Shown here piece after piece: positions 1 through 9,355 of a stretch of 64,000 nt of DNA (position 1 is its first letter; each line of letters opens with the position of its first letter). The translations under genes and the position numbers were made by a program. The notes beneath the pieces are model-generated. The model was not told the origin of the DNA. It did not search any database and worked only from the letters and a program-made list of their open reading frames with translations. Source of the stretch: a virus; the IMG/VR virus record IMGVR_UViG_3300005663_000033, positions 32,001 through 96,000 of that record; one strand, written 5' to 3'.

Positions 1-245
1 GTTGTCGTCATTCAAATCATCTATACTGATTTTTGATGCAATGGTTGTTATCTTCCAGTGAAAAATGTTTTTGTGCTTTTGGACACCTCCTCAAAACCAT
101 CTCTAGGCTTATACAGGGTAGACGATTGACGAGATTCTTTAATCGCCAAATTAGCCGAATTGCAAATGGTTACATTTGTATCTTTCTTACACATCTCATA
201 GTCTCCAAAAAAGTGCGAAGCTCACGGTGGCAGCGCTTTGCTGAC

Positions 246-280
246 ACCTTATTATACGTTCAACTATCCCCTCTGTTTCA
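246..280 (-). promoter_or_regulatory. Conserved phage promoter, copy 1 (leftward)
   Basis: Reverse strand reads GAAACA-gaggggat-AGTTGAACG-TATAAT-aaggt, with a 17 bp -35/-10 spacer; same architecture as the other copies in the window. Confidence 0.75.
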
Positions 281-307
281 AGAAAATTCGATTTATTTCA
301 ATTCACA

Positions 308-787
308 TTATGGGACATGTTTTCTTAGTTTTGTTTTTCCATTTACAAGGCAAGATATCGCTGGCTGCGAAACGCCGAATTGTCTAGCTAAAGAAATTTG
401 TGTGGTCCCGTTCCTGTGAAGCTTTATTATCATTGTTTGTTCTTTTAGCGTCAAATGGTGGTAACTAGCCCCAGGTCTCTTGTCTCCATACGATCCCCAA
501 TCGAGGTATCTTTGCGACCGTAATCGACGTGGCTGTTGTCCCCTGGCCTTTCTTATACAAAGTGGTAGTTCCTCGCAGCACAGGCCCTTAAAAGCCGCAC
601 AGACGAGTCTCTGAGTTAGTTTCTTCTTCGCGGAAGACCCCGTGTATGTATATTGAAAACCATCATGATGTATCACCGGATTAATTACGCGCCATCTACC
701 AAAGAACTTACGCCAAATACGGCCTTTCCTGTCGGCAAAATATAATGGATGATCCGGTATTTGTTTTCTATCAATTCGTTTGGTCAT
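308..787 (-). CDS. NUMOD4/HNH-type homing endonuclease-like protein with C-terminal HTH, probably degenerate
   Basis: N-terminal IPDHPLYFADRKGRIW, QRLVCAAFKG (where HRLV is usual) and C-terminal HTH QISLARQFGVSQPAIS; catalytic His residues not evident. Confidence 0.55.
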   Translation of the reverse strand: MTKRIDRKQIPDHPLYFADRKGRIWRKFFGRWRVINPVIHHDGFQYTYTGSSAKKKLTQRLVCAAFKGLCCEELPLCIRKARGQQPRRLRSQRYLDWGSYGDKRPGASYHHLTLKEQTMIIKLHRNGTTQISLARQFGVSQPAISCLVNGKTKLRKHVP

Positions 788-822
788 ATTTTATTCCAAG
801 ATGCAAGACACAAAAGTAGGGA

Positions 823-1047
823 TTAGAAGTCTACCGGATTACTAGCATTCTTTGGTGACCATCTAAGAACGCATCCGTTTTGACCAGGGGCAGGGCAGCA
901 ATGTACAATCCCAAAACAATCGACCACACGATGTGTGGTGCCTCTCAGAGACAAAAATAATTCTCTTGGACGATCAATGCGGTATACCCGTCCATTAAAA
1001 TCGTATTCTCGCCATGCTTCTGACTTCAGTGAATATCGAGTCATCAC
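823..1047 (-). CDS. Hypothetical phage protein
   Basis: 74 aa ORF downstream of promoter copy 2, with an AGGAGA-like RBS. Confidence 0.7.
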   Translation of the reverse strand: MMTRYSLKSEAWREYDFNGRVYRIDRPRELFLSLRGTTHRVVDCFGIVHCCPAPGQNGCVLRWSPKNASNPVDF

Positions 1048-1103
1048 TTCATCTCTCCTGTTAATGTATCGTGCAAGGCACTCGGGAGCAGACTTGTTCT
1101 GCT

Positions 1104-1139
1104 ACCGTATTATACGTCTAACTCATGCCTGTGTTTCAC
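1104..1139 (-). promoter_or_regulatory. Conserved phage promoter, copy 2 (leftward)
   Basis: Reverse strand reads GAAACA-caggcatg-AGTTAGACG-TATAAT. Confidence 0.75.
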
Positions 1140-1504
1140 CTCTCTTCGATTTTTTTCATCTTTTTTGTCGTCCTATAAAGCGATTGATACAGGCGTTCAG
1201 AAAGGGGCACCCCCTTGTTTAATAAGGCGGGGGACTAGGTGAGAAGGAGTGTATGCGTTTTCTTGTAGGGCATGGATTTTTGGAGCCTAGTATGCCTAAA
1301 CCCCCGGCGGTTATCGGACCTAGCCGAGTTATCGGACCATCCTATATTACCGGCCCACCCCTTAGCCCAGATTTATCGGACCATCTCAGCTAGACATGTT
1401 ATCGGACTATCTTGCATGACATGCAAGGGGAGGTTATCGGACCTATCCTCCTCGCACCCGAACCCTCTTGAGTTATCGGACCAAAAGTTTTTCTTCTCGA
1501 TTTC

Positions 1505-1533
1505 TTGCCTTCGCGCCGATTGTATCCTAGAAT
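1505..1533 (+). promoter_or_regulatory. Sigma70-type promoter
   Basis: TTGCCT-17bp-TAGAAT upstream of the RBS and ORF at 1578. Confidence 0.65.
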
Positions 1534-1577
1534 ATATATGACATGACAACGCACACGACAAACAACGGAGAAAAAAG

Positions 1578-1691
1578 ATGAAACTACTTATCGGACTAAC
1601 GCTTACTGGAATCATCGGCTCTTGTGTTATCGGACTACTCATCAACGCCTACTCCTGGATTGAAGCATCGCTTCATTCAGTAGGCCTTTAA
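1578..1691 (+). CDS. Small hydrophobic protein (37 aa, MKLLIGLTLTGIIGSCVIGLL...)
   Basis: GGAG RBS, ATG, one hydrophobic segment; below the ORF-track length cut-off. Confidence 0.55.
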   Translation: MKLLIGLTLTGIIGSCVIGLLINAYSWIEASLHSVGL

Positions 1692-1702
1692 GGGAGAGAA
1701 TC

Positions 1703-1792
1703 ATGGCGACTATTATTATCGGATGTGCGGCAATGGTGGTTATCGGAGCGGTATGGTTGTGGTCTGTATTATCAGACCTTGAGGGGCTATAA
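1703..1792 (+). CDS. Small hydrophobic protein (29 aa, MATIIIGCAAMVVIGAVWLWSV...)
   Basis: GGGAG RBS; tightly packed between neighbouring ORFs. Confidence 0.5.
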   Translation: MATIIIGCAAMVVIGAVWLWSVLSDLEGL

Positions 1793-1794
1793 CA

Positions 1795-2052
1795 ATGGAC
1801 AAGACACTGGTGAAATATCGGACACTAGGCAGCAAATTTAACAGTTACGCTGTAGTACCTACCCTGTTCTTATCGGGCCTACTCGATTGGCTGAAGTTAT
1901 CGGAATGTGCGACGATCATCTCTACGACCGATAACTATCAGCGGATTCTCCGACAATCTGAGTTATCAGACCTAGCCGCTCCTGAATCATGGCCGAGTTA
2001 TGGGCAGTGTAAAGGTTACATTCTCGCTGTAGACATGCTGGAGTGCCGATAA
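1795..2052 (+). CDS. Hypothetical protein
   Basis: GAGGGG RBS; part of a packed + strand operon. Confidence 0.6.
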   Translation: MDKTLVKYRTLGSKFNSYAVVPTLFLSGLLDWLKLSECATIISTTDNYQRILRQSELSDLAAPESWPSYGQCKGYILAVDMLECR

Positions 2053-2276
2053 TGTTTGGACAAGCTAAACTTGAAATACCCACAAGCGGTAATATCGGAC
2101 CTTCCTGTACCACCGGATTATCAGACCAACTAGCTATGACTATCGGACGTACAGCAGCACGCACGTTATCGGAACAAGATGGGTATGTTGTAGTGACACT
2201 TGAATCAGGATCGGTTCGTGTTATCGGCTATAATACGATCCACGACAAACTCGTTATCGGACGTTTAACCATTTAA
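2052..2276 (+). CDS. Hypothetical protein
   Basis: ATG overlaps the stop of the upstream ORF (TAATG). Confidence 0.55.
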   Translation: MFGQAKLEIPTSGNIGPSCTTGLSDQLAMTIGRTAARTLSEQDGYVVVTLESGSVRVIGYNTIHDKLVIGRLTI

Positions 2277-2287
2277 GGAGCGATAAG

Positions 2288-2644
2288 ATGAGAAACAGAG
2301 TTATCGGACAAACAGGCACGGTGGTGTTATCGGACGATTCGATCTTCCGTAGTAGATCACACAAACGGACCTTGCGCTACCAGTACCTAAAAGTACAGCA
2401 CGGCTGGATTGCGTGGATTTGCGGACCTTTCCATTCTCGGACCTACGGGGTTTGTAGTTTTGGGACCAGAAGAAGGTCGGCTAAAGCAGCACTTGCAACT
2501 CGCCTCGCAAACGATTATCGGTACTTAGGCAATCTAATGTTCTCGGACGTTGATGGGTCCGATACTGTAGGCAAGACCGATGCGCAGTTATTGGACGAAA
2601 CGACGATCAATCATCCGATAATGAGCGAATTGCTAGGCGTGTAG
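2288..2644 (+). CDS. Hypothetical protein
   Basis: AAGGAG RBS; 118 aa. Confidence 0.65.
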   Translation: MRNRVIGQTGTVVLSDDSIFRSRSHKRTLRYQYLKVQHGWIAWICGPFHSRTYGVCSFGTRRRSAKAALATRLANDYRYLGNLMFSDVDGSDTVGKTDAQLLDETTINHPIMSELLGV

Positions 2645-3176
2645 TTATGGGGCGCGAAACCGTTTTCTGGATTAAAACCATACTGTACGCAGGTCTTATA
2701 ACTGTGGCAATGTGGTAAAGATTATGGGACCGGCGACATGCGCAATCGTTGGTCCTATAACTTTGCGCCGACCTTTGTGTTATGGGACGTTGAGCCGTGA
2801 GCGATTATCGGGCCTAAGTATAAACTAGTTTACCCTGTGTGTATTGTCCCATAATACATCGGTTTATGGCGCAAAAACGCCATTTCTTATCGGAAATCAC
2901 TTATAAGACGACTTTTTTATCGGAAAGGGTAGATAACTTCGCGGTTTTTAGCTTTTTCATGGTTATTGGACCCCATATTAGGACTAGCATAACCTGTATT
3001 ACAGGACTTTCCGATAATATCGTGGATTTTGAACAAATAACAGGGTTTTTATAGGCAAACGACCGATATGTGATCTCAAAAAGCGGACTTTGTTACAATT
3101 GCAGATTATCGGTCTAAGTGCGATAATATCGTGGATTAGGGTCTCTAGGCGCGGAAAAGTTTTTTCGGATTATACC

Positions 3177-3205
3177 TTGACGGCGTATATAACTAAGCCT
3201 ATAGT
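3177..3205 (+). promoter_or_regulatory. Near-consensus sigma70 promoter
   Basis: TTGACG-17bp-TATAGT. Confidence 0.7.
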
Positions 3206-3567
3206 ATTATGTAAGAAGAAAAAAGAGAAGCAAAAAACGGACCTTTAGGGGTTTACCTAATGAAGTCGTAAACGAAAAACGGACGAATGATTGTGGTTAG
3301 GTATCTCCGGCATTGACACAATAGGCCGTCGTGTCAAGTGCTCTACGTGGCGTATGTACCGCACGGGGAATTGTAGGGAGCGCTACCGATAGTTCCCGGG
3401 GGTATCTAACCGTTGTCATTCCGATGACCCGCAAGGGTCTGATAATAAGTGACCGGCGCAACGTCGGTCCGAATAAGGGTTTCAGTACGTTACTACTTGT
3501 CCGTCCCATAACGGGACGGAGTAGTCTCGGGCATGGGACGGGCGATAACCTTGCAAGGGGAATCGTT

Positions 3568-3879
3568 ATGTCTAACAGTGCCACTGGAACGATTGTCGAG
3601 TTTGAGTCTGCGACTTTCAAGACCAACGCCGCGATTTATCGGGCGAACAAACGCATGGTCGACGCCGCTAGTCGATACGACAGTGTCGATGACGCAAAGG
3701 CCGGTCTTGATGCAGCGTGGAAAGTTCTTGAAGCTCAGGTTGAAAATGGGTCGGGTTACACTCCCGATTCCAAGCTGGGCTTTGGGTCCGACAATGCCAC
3801 CGTGATTGCCGAGAGTCTGCTCGGTCGTCGCAACAGTGTCGGCGCAACTCGTAAGTCGTTCAACGATCTGGGCAGGTAG
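3568..3879 (+). CDS. Hypothetical protein (MSNSATGTIVEFES...)
   Basis: AAGGGG RBS before the ATG at 3568; the upstream part of the track ORF (from 3331) is hairpin-rich and looks like a leader. Confidence 0.65.
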   Translation: MSNSATGTIVEFESATFKTNAAIYRANKRMVDAASRYDSVDDAKAGLDAAWKVLEAQVENGSGYTPDSKLGFGSDNATVIAESLLGRRNSVGATRKSFNDLGR

Positions 3880-3884
3880 AGTGT

Positions 3885-5275
3885 CTGACGCACCGCGCCT
3901 CTAGCGAAGATAGTCTTGTATAGGCTATGTTTATAGGCCGTTAGGGGCGCGTAACGATGGACATTCTGACTTAAAGTCAGGATTGAATCGCTTGGTAGGG
4001 TAGCACCCTATCGTTATAGGTCCACTATCTAGGATCAGCGGTTCCCATAACCAACCATAGCGGGAGGTCCGATACGCATCGGGTATTCCCGGAAGAGGTT
4101 GGGTAGTAGTCCGATAGTCGCCGTAGTAGGGTCTATAAGCGCGCAGGACGTGCGCTAATGGGTCTCAACCGGAGTCAACGGTTATCGGTCGAACTCCAGT
4201 CTTGAGAAGCGACAAAACGTAGAGTCCAGAATGTGGGCTCAGTCTACGCCCGTAGTACGTGGACGGGATAAGTGACGGATCGTCTACACGATTCCTTGTA
4301 TGTCTGGCAAAGGGTCTTGGTACAGCGCCGAGGCAGCTAGACAGAAAAGGGTAGGTCGTGTTAATCATTTTACGGTCCTTCATGGTAATACGTCTATCGT
4401 TTTGGGGTAGGCTTTCTTTTTGTCGTGGGATAGGCATTTCCAAGGGCAAGTCCTGTAAACTCCGTCACAACAATTTCTTTCGCAAGGGTCTCTCGGGGTA
4501 TTGCTGATAGTTCGAGGGGTCTGAGGTTAGAATGTGGCGCGGTTCACGATCTTGTCGGTTAAGTCTTAGATTGGCACGCAACGGGTATTGTGTGTCCAGT
4601 CTCTGTTACTATTTTGCTGAACGACACGACACGACGGACGGGTTGAATAAACTGGTTCATTGCACTGGCGCAACAGTCTCGGCTCGATTAGTCGTTAAAA
4701 TAAGGATACTAGAAACTGTCCTGGGAAAACGGATAGCCAGATTTCATCTGCCAGGGCATTATCCGCAAAAAGCAGTGGTAGGACCTACGGGTCGGGAAGT
4801 CGTGACGATGGGCTGCATAGTCGTCAGTCACGATGGACAAGTTAGGTGGGTTGGCTTGTCAACTTTTTTGATGGCATATCATTATGGGCTGTGGAGTTAG
4901 CAAAGGGAATAATATGCTGGAAGTTAATCCCTGTAGGGATGCATCTTGAGTTGTCTAGCGCAAGACAATGATTGAGCTTATGGCATATCCCGGCGGGTGA
5001 AAGACGAATCTCTCTTTGTAGGTATCGCTAAAACTACAGGGGTACGATTCGTGGAAAGTCCTCCGATCTAATAGACGGGGGAGGTATTTATGAAGCCACA
5101 CTTGGCGCTACAGCCTGTAATGATGTGTCATCATTCGTGGCGCGTTGTCGAGAGATGGCGCGTCGCATTTGTTTATGGGCGAAGGCAATCCTCGTTGTCG
5201 TGTCCCGGAGGCGGAGCGCGGAGGTTAGAGGTAAACCAGCCGTATAACGCCACGCCATAGATGGGATGGGTTCCA
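3885..5275 (+). ncRNA. Candidate large structured non-coding RNA region
   Basis: No convincing RBS-led ORF. Consecutive hairpins, many with G-U pairs that work on the + strand, e.g. CGCGCCTCTAGCG/CGTTAGGGGCGCG (3895-3951), TCTGACTTAAAGTCAGGA, AGCGCGCAGGACGTGCGCT, GACCTACGGGTC, GACAAGTTAGGTGGGTTGGCTTGTC. Confidence 0.55.
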
Positions 5276-5281
5276 CAAGGA

Positions 5282-5360
5282 AAGCCAGTAGCTCAATTGG
5301 TAGAGTAACTCCAGCCCATGGGCTCGGGGTAGGTTGTGGGTTCGAGTCCCACCTGGCTTT
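5282..5360 (+). tRNA. tRNA-like element with a 13 nt anticodon loop (no assignable anticodon)
   Basis: Acceptor AAGCCAG/CTGGCTT, D-arm GCTC-AATTGGTA-GAGT, T-arm GTGGG-TTCGAGT-CCCAC; the anticodon stem ACTCC/GGGGT encloses AGCCCATGGGCTC. Confidence 0.75.
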
Positions 5361-5452
5361 TTAGGGAGGGCAATAGTGGGAGTTGGATTTTGCAGCCCAA
5401 CAGCGCCGGATTCGGTGGGGTTTCCGGTACACTTTTTCTTTAGGAGATTGCG

Positions 5453-5722
5453 ATGCTGTTGATAATCAATGACACCGATCCGGTCAGCGAAAAGCACCTA
5501 TCCTGGAATATAAAAAGAACGGTAGGCGAGCGTTCGAATGTTCTTAGTTTGTATGAAATAGTCGAAGTCACATACAAACACCCAGACGCCGATGAATTGA
5601 CAATTCAGGTTATAGAGTCAAAACTGATAGACTCGGCCTGCGTACTGTCAAGCAAGGCGGCTTTGTGGATTTTGTTAGAGGCTGCATTTACGGCTATCAG
5701 CACAGACCGGGTGATAGCTTAG
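5453..5722 (+). CDS. Hypothetical protein
   Basis: TAGGAG RBS; 89 aa. Confidence 0.65.
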   Translation: MLLIINDTDPVSEKHLSWNIKRTVGERSNVLSLYEIVEVTYKHPDADELTIQVIESKLIDSACVLSSKAALWILLEAAFTAISTDRVIA

Positions 5723-6566
5723 ACAAGAGGAATTCCGATACACTTTTTCTTGTAGGGGAAATAAAATGACAGTAAAAAAACTCATCGTGGAACTTCAAAA
5801 GCATCCGGACCACTACAAGGTAGGAATTTACTGCTACGCTTGCGGCGAGGAAGGCAAGACAGAGGTTATTGAAGCAGAATCTTCATTATTTGACGGGAAT
5901 GAAGGTATAGTCACGATCTCAACCTTCTAGCCCAGTCATCACCCCAAAACAACTCCTTTTTCGTAGGGGAAAACTGTGATGGTTCAACCCGCTATCATGT
6001 TGGCCACAGTCCTTTTAGCTCTCATTGCGATCGTCGCAATGTTTGTAACCGTGGGCAGTATTTTATACTTGTTGTGGAAAGGACGCAAAGGATAGGTTAT
6101 CGCCCCACATCTACTAATCACCCTCTCCAAGAAACTATCCGGGATTTTTTATGAACTTTCCGGGGTTTTCTGATTAGTCCAGGTACTTCAGGGGTCATTA
6201 GAACGTTTGCATATTTATGCAAGTGTATTACTATGCCTTTGAACCAGGTGCCTGCCAAAAACGCAGCTAACCCTTCGCCCACGCTCTTTCTTACTATTAA
6301 GGTGTTTGCTCTATAGGGGGAGTAGTTGGTAAAACGGTACAAAAACACGCCTTACGTGGTCAAAAACACGGTTGCGAAGCACTGCGAGTCGGTCGTCGGG
6401 TCTAAGCCAGTTTGGCCTGTATCTGTTTCTATATACGATTTTGTAGGCTAAATGGGACATATAGCGAGTGGTGGGACGGAATGGTATACAGGGCGCTAGG
6501 TACGAAATTTGTATCTGATTTCTTGAATCTTGTAGGCTAACGTCCTGTTATCAAAAGGGGTACAAA

Positions 6567-6866
6567 ATGTTTTCAGGGTGTGAATTGAATGAATGCGGCC
6601 ACACTCCGGATGGATTACGAGTGCGGGCTATTACGGATGCGATGGGCGCTCAGGTGGTAGTGACCAACGATCTGGAGCCGGACAAAGACAGTCTATTAAC
6701 CAAGCCGCTAGAGAACCATAAAACGGCAATAGTGCTGGGGGAATCAGTAGCTAGAAATGGCATCTCCGTATACGAGGGATGGAGAGGGCCAATCGGGACA
6801 GTATTCGAATTCGTCGAAGTGATGGCTCACGACTATTTGAGAAAACGAAACGGCCACACGAAATAA
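6567..6866 (+). CDS. Hypothetical protein
   Basis: Stereotyped leader AGGGGTACAAAATG. Confidence 0.7.
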   Translation: MFSGCELNECGHTPDGLRVRAITDAMGAQVVVTNDLEPDKDSLLTKPLENHKTAIVLGESVARNGISVYEGWRGPIGTVFEFVEVMAHDYLRKRNGHTK

Positions 6867-6907
6867 AGTGACGATGATTATCGTCCTTTGTTTAAGGGGT
6901 ACGAAAA

Positions 6908-7105
6908 ATGGATTTACTTGGTGGTGATCCGAAACTTGAAGACGCGGTAGAAAAATTACTGGCGGAAGCAACCCGTCGCGGAGACGAATGGCGAGCGATA
7001 GCCGCAGGAATAGAAGCTCAACACGAACGGGAAAGAAAACAACTCGCCCGAACTCACGCTAGCCAGTTGACCAATCGCTATATAGAGTGGAAGAAGCAAA
7101 CCTGA
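6908..7105 (+). CDS. Hypothetical protein
   Basis: Leader AAGGGGTACGAAAAATG. Confidence 0.65.
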   Translation: MDLLGGDPKLEDAVEKLLAEATRRGDEWRAIAAGIEAQHERERKQLARTHASQLTNRYIEWKKQT

Positions 7106-7117
7106 AGGGGATGCAAA

Positions 7118-7348
7118 ATGCTCATAGAAACTCTCGTTTTAGGCGTCCAAACGACCCCTGATAGGGTAATCAAAAAGTCGCTATGGATGGCCGAACAATG
7201 GGCAAGAAAGAGTGTGTGGTCGTGGAGTGTGTGTTTCCAGGATACAACTTACGACGGAACCCCGGTAAACTACCCAACTGGACATGCGAGAATAACCGTT
7301 CGGTATTTCTCAACATTAAAAGAGGGTCTCGTAAGACGTATTCGCTAA
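7118..7348 (+). CDS. Hypothetical protein
   Basis: Leader AAGGGGATGCAAAATG. Confidence 0.65.
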   Translation: MLIETLVLGVQTTPDRVIKKSLWMAEQWARKSVWSWSVCFQDTTYDGTPVNYPTGHARITVRYFSTLKEGLVRRIR

Positions 7349-7375
7349 CGTCCTGTTATCAGAAGAGGTACAGAA

Positions 7376-7678
7376 ATGAGAAACTTTCGCGTATTCATGA
7401 AGGCGATGCTTATTAAGGGTCATTGGAAGTATTCTGGCAAGACAAATAAGTTAATAACCAATGGTCAGAGAATGTGGTTAGCATTCAGCATGTTGATAGC
7501 TTCGTTGGTCACACTGGCAACTTTCGGTAGGATCACGTGTTGGGCTGATATTTTCATGGGTCTGAAATATGCCTCTGATACCAAAAAGGGGAATTGCAAT
7601 TACTTTCGTAGGTGGCCAAATTGGTTCTTTTGGGTAGTAATCGCCTGGGCTATCGTAGTGATCGTCCTGAATAGATAA
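7376..7678 (+). CDS. Hypothetical membrane protein
   Basis: Leader AGAGGTACAGAAATG; two hydrophobic segments. Confidence 0.65.
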   Translation: MRNFRVFMKAMLIKGHWKYSGKTNKLITNGQRMWLAFSMLIASLVTLATFGRITCWADIFMGLKYASDTKKGNCNYFRRWPNWFFWVVIAWAIVVIVLNR

Positions 7679-7720
7679 AGGGAAACAGGGGTACAAAATG
7701 TTCTGTAGGGTGGGGATACC

Positions 7721-8011
7721 ATGGACACGACAGAGTTAAAGGTGATCGCTGCGGCACAAAAGGAATTCCTGGAGGCTGGTTATCAATGGCAAGAAAACAT
7801 CTATAACGACGGGTTGGACGACAACTGTTTTGTGAACATGACTAAATCAACCGATCCATGCGCTTTCGGTGTCGGATATCCAGAACCAGAAGACACGGTT
7901 GGTTGGGGTCGCTTTCCCAGGGTGGTCGCGTTACATTTTAGCGGTAATCTTCCGGCCATTATGGACGCCATAGACACTGTTCTGCCAGTAAAAAAGGGGG
8001 GTACAAAATGA
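7721..8011 (+). CDS. Hypothetical protein
   Basis: GGGG RBS; stop overlaps the next start. Confidence 0.6.
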   Translation: MDTTELKVIAAAQKEFLEAGYQWQENIYNDGLDDNCFVNMTKSTDPCAFGVGYPEPEDTVGWGRFPRVVALHFSGNLPAIMDAIDTVLPVKKGGTK

Positions 8012-8355
8012 ACCAACTGGAAATATCTCTAAAACAAAATGGATTTCATGAAATTGAATTGCATGGTCCTACTGCGACTCACGAACACGCATCTTCCATG
8101 TTCCAAATACGAATAAGGGCTGCTTCTGGATTGACACTTTATTTCGTGAATGCGTTCTTCTATAGAAAAATGCAACCACATCTAAAAGATATGATCGAAT
8201 TTGAGGTTCGCTTATATCCATCGATGAACAGCAGATACTGGATCACCTTAGAATTCCATGGGTGTGATCAAGAATTAGATATAGATACGGCTATGGAATT
8301 CTTCCGTCATGCCTACAGCAGTCTGTGGTGTAAGCCAGACCCGCATAACCAATAG
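8008..8355 (+). CDS. Hypothetical protein
   Basis: Leader GGGGGGTACAAAATG; has a degenerate paralog at 9356. Confidence 0.7.
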   Translation: MNQLEISLKQNGFHEIELHGPTATHEHASSMFQIRIRAASGLTLYFVNAFFYRKMQPHLKDMIEFEVRLYPSMNSRYWITLEFHGCDQELDIDTAMEFFRHAYSSLWCKPDPHNQ

Positions 8356-8376
8356 TGGCGACGGGAGGGGTACGAA

Positions 8377-8850
8377 ATGACAATTTCAATCCCGGAAAGT
8401 GAAATGATAGAAGATACTGTTATTTGCACAGCGTGCGGTGGCGACTGTTGTAAAAAATGCTCCGGTGCATATCATCCAGATGACTTAAAGCCAGTCACAG
8501 TAGATTCTCTTGCCAGTAGATTTGCCGATGGTATCTATGCAATCGATTGGTGGGAAGGTGACGTTCGCCCCGGCAAAGACGAATGGCCAATCTCTCTGTT
8601 TATTCGTCCCGCCCACGTTGGGATTACGAAGTTACACGATCCTTCGTGGGGTGGCGTCTGTATTCATTGGAATGCTACGAATGGGTGTTGCTTTGAATTG
8701 CATCACAGACCAAAAACCTGCCGTGAGCTTGTTCCCAAGGATAATGGCAATTGCATCGGTCCGTTTAATAAAGAGGAAGCTGCGATGGCGTGGGTACCAT
8801 ATCAGCAAAAAATAGAAAAAGCGGCGGTAATTGCCAGACAGCAAAGGTAA
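8377..8850 (+). CDS. YkgJ-like CxxCxxxCC cysteine-cluster protein
   Basis: CTACGGDCC near the N-terminus; C-x8-C...RPKTCR at the C-terminus. Confidence 0.65.
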   Translation: MTISIPESEMIEDTVICTACGGDCCKKCSGAYHPDDLKPVTVDSLASRFADGIYAIDWWEGDVRPGKDEWPISLFIRPAHVGITKLHDPSWGGVCIHWNATNGCCFELHHRPKTCRELVPKDNGNCIGPFNKEEAAMAWVPYQQKIEKAAVIARQQR

Positions 8851-9355
8851 GGCATTGCGACAAGAAGGGGTACAAAATGACTGTGAAGTTGATGTACGAA
8901 GCTGCTATAGAAGCGATAGAACATGTCGGTCAGACAAACTGGTCTGGCAGGGTAGAGGCTGCTAAAGTGTGGCTTAAAAGGATTTTGGACGGCAAGACAG
9001 ACAAGAGTCTGGATCAGATTCAAAAGGAAATCAACGAGAATTGAGGTATAAAATGGCAAATGATCTTGGCTTCTTGGAGCCATTGGCGGTTGGTTGGAAC
9101 GATCGAGGACTCGGACACGGAGACTATGGTGTAGTCGATGCGTCTGGAAAACTGATTGCCGAGATCGCAACAGGGCGATACGATCACGCCCTTCTTTTCG
9201 CTACTGCGCCGAAGCTGTTGGAGGGATGTAAGAAAGCGTTGACTTGCAATCTCAATTCAGATGTCCGAGCCCTAATCCAAAACGCTGTTGATGAGATGAT
9301 TCTTCAACAATTCAAATTAAAGCCACCTGGCGAAAAATAGAGAGGCGCAGGGATA

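Larger units (their letters stand above)
1311..3130 (+). repeat. Dense dispersed TTATCGGAC motif field
   Basis: Hand count: 11 perfect TTATCGGAC (1311, 1329, 1373, 1399, 1434, 1473, 1588, 1627, 2254, 2301, 2327), about 26 TTATCGG on both strands, and further variants (TTATCAGAC, TTATGGGAC, TTATTGGAC). The motif is rare in the rest of the window. Confidence 0.9.

Noticed and set aside
1311-1481. CRISPR or mini-CRISPR array formed by GTTATCGGACC repeats
   Set aside because: The repeat is only 9-11 bp, start-to-start spacing is irregular (18, 44, 26, 35, 39), the motif continues into coding sequence, and no cas operon is present.
1311-3130. TTATCGGAC as DnaA boxes
   Set aside because: It shares only TTATC with the DnaA box TTATCCACA; the conserved 3' half is different.
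5045-5070. RNase P RNA, suggested by GGAAAGTCC
   Set aside because: Only this short motif matches; I could not find the complementary 3' P4 signature.
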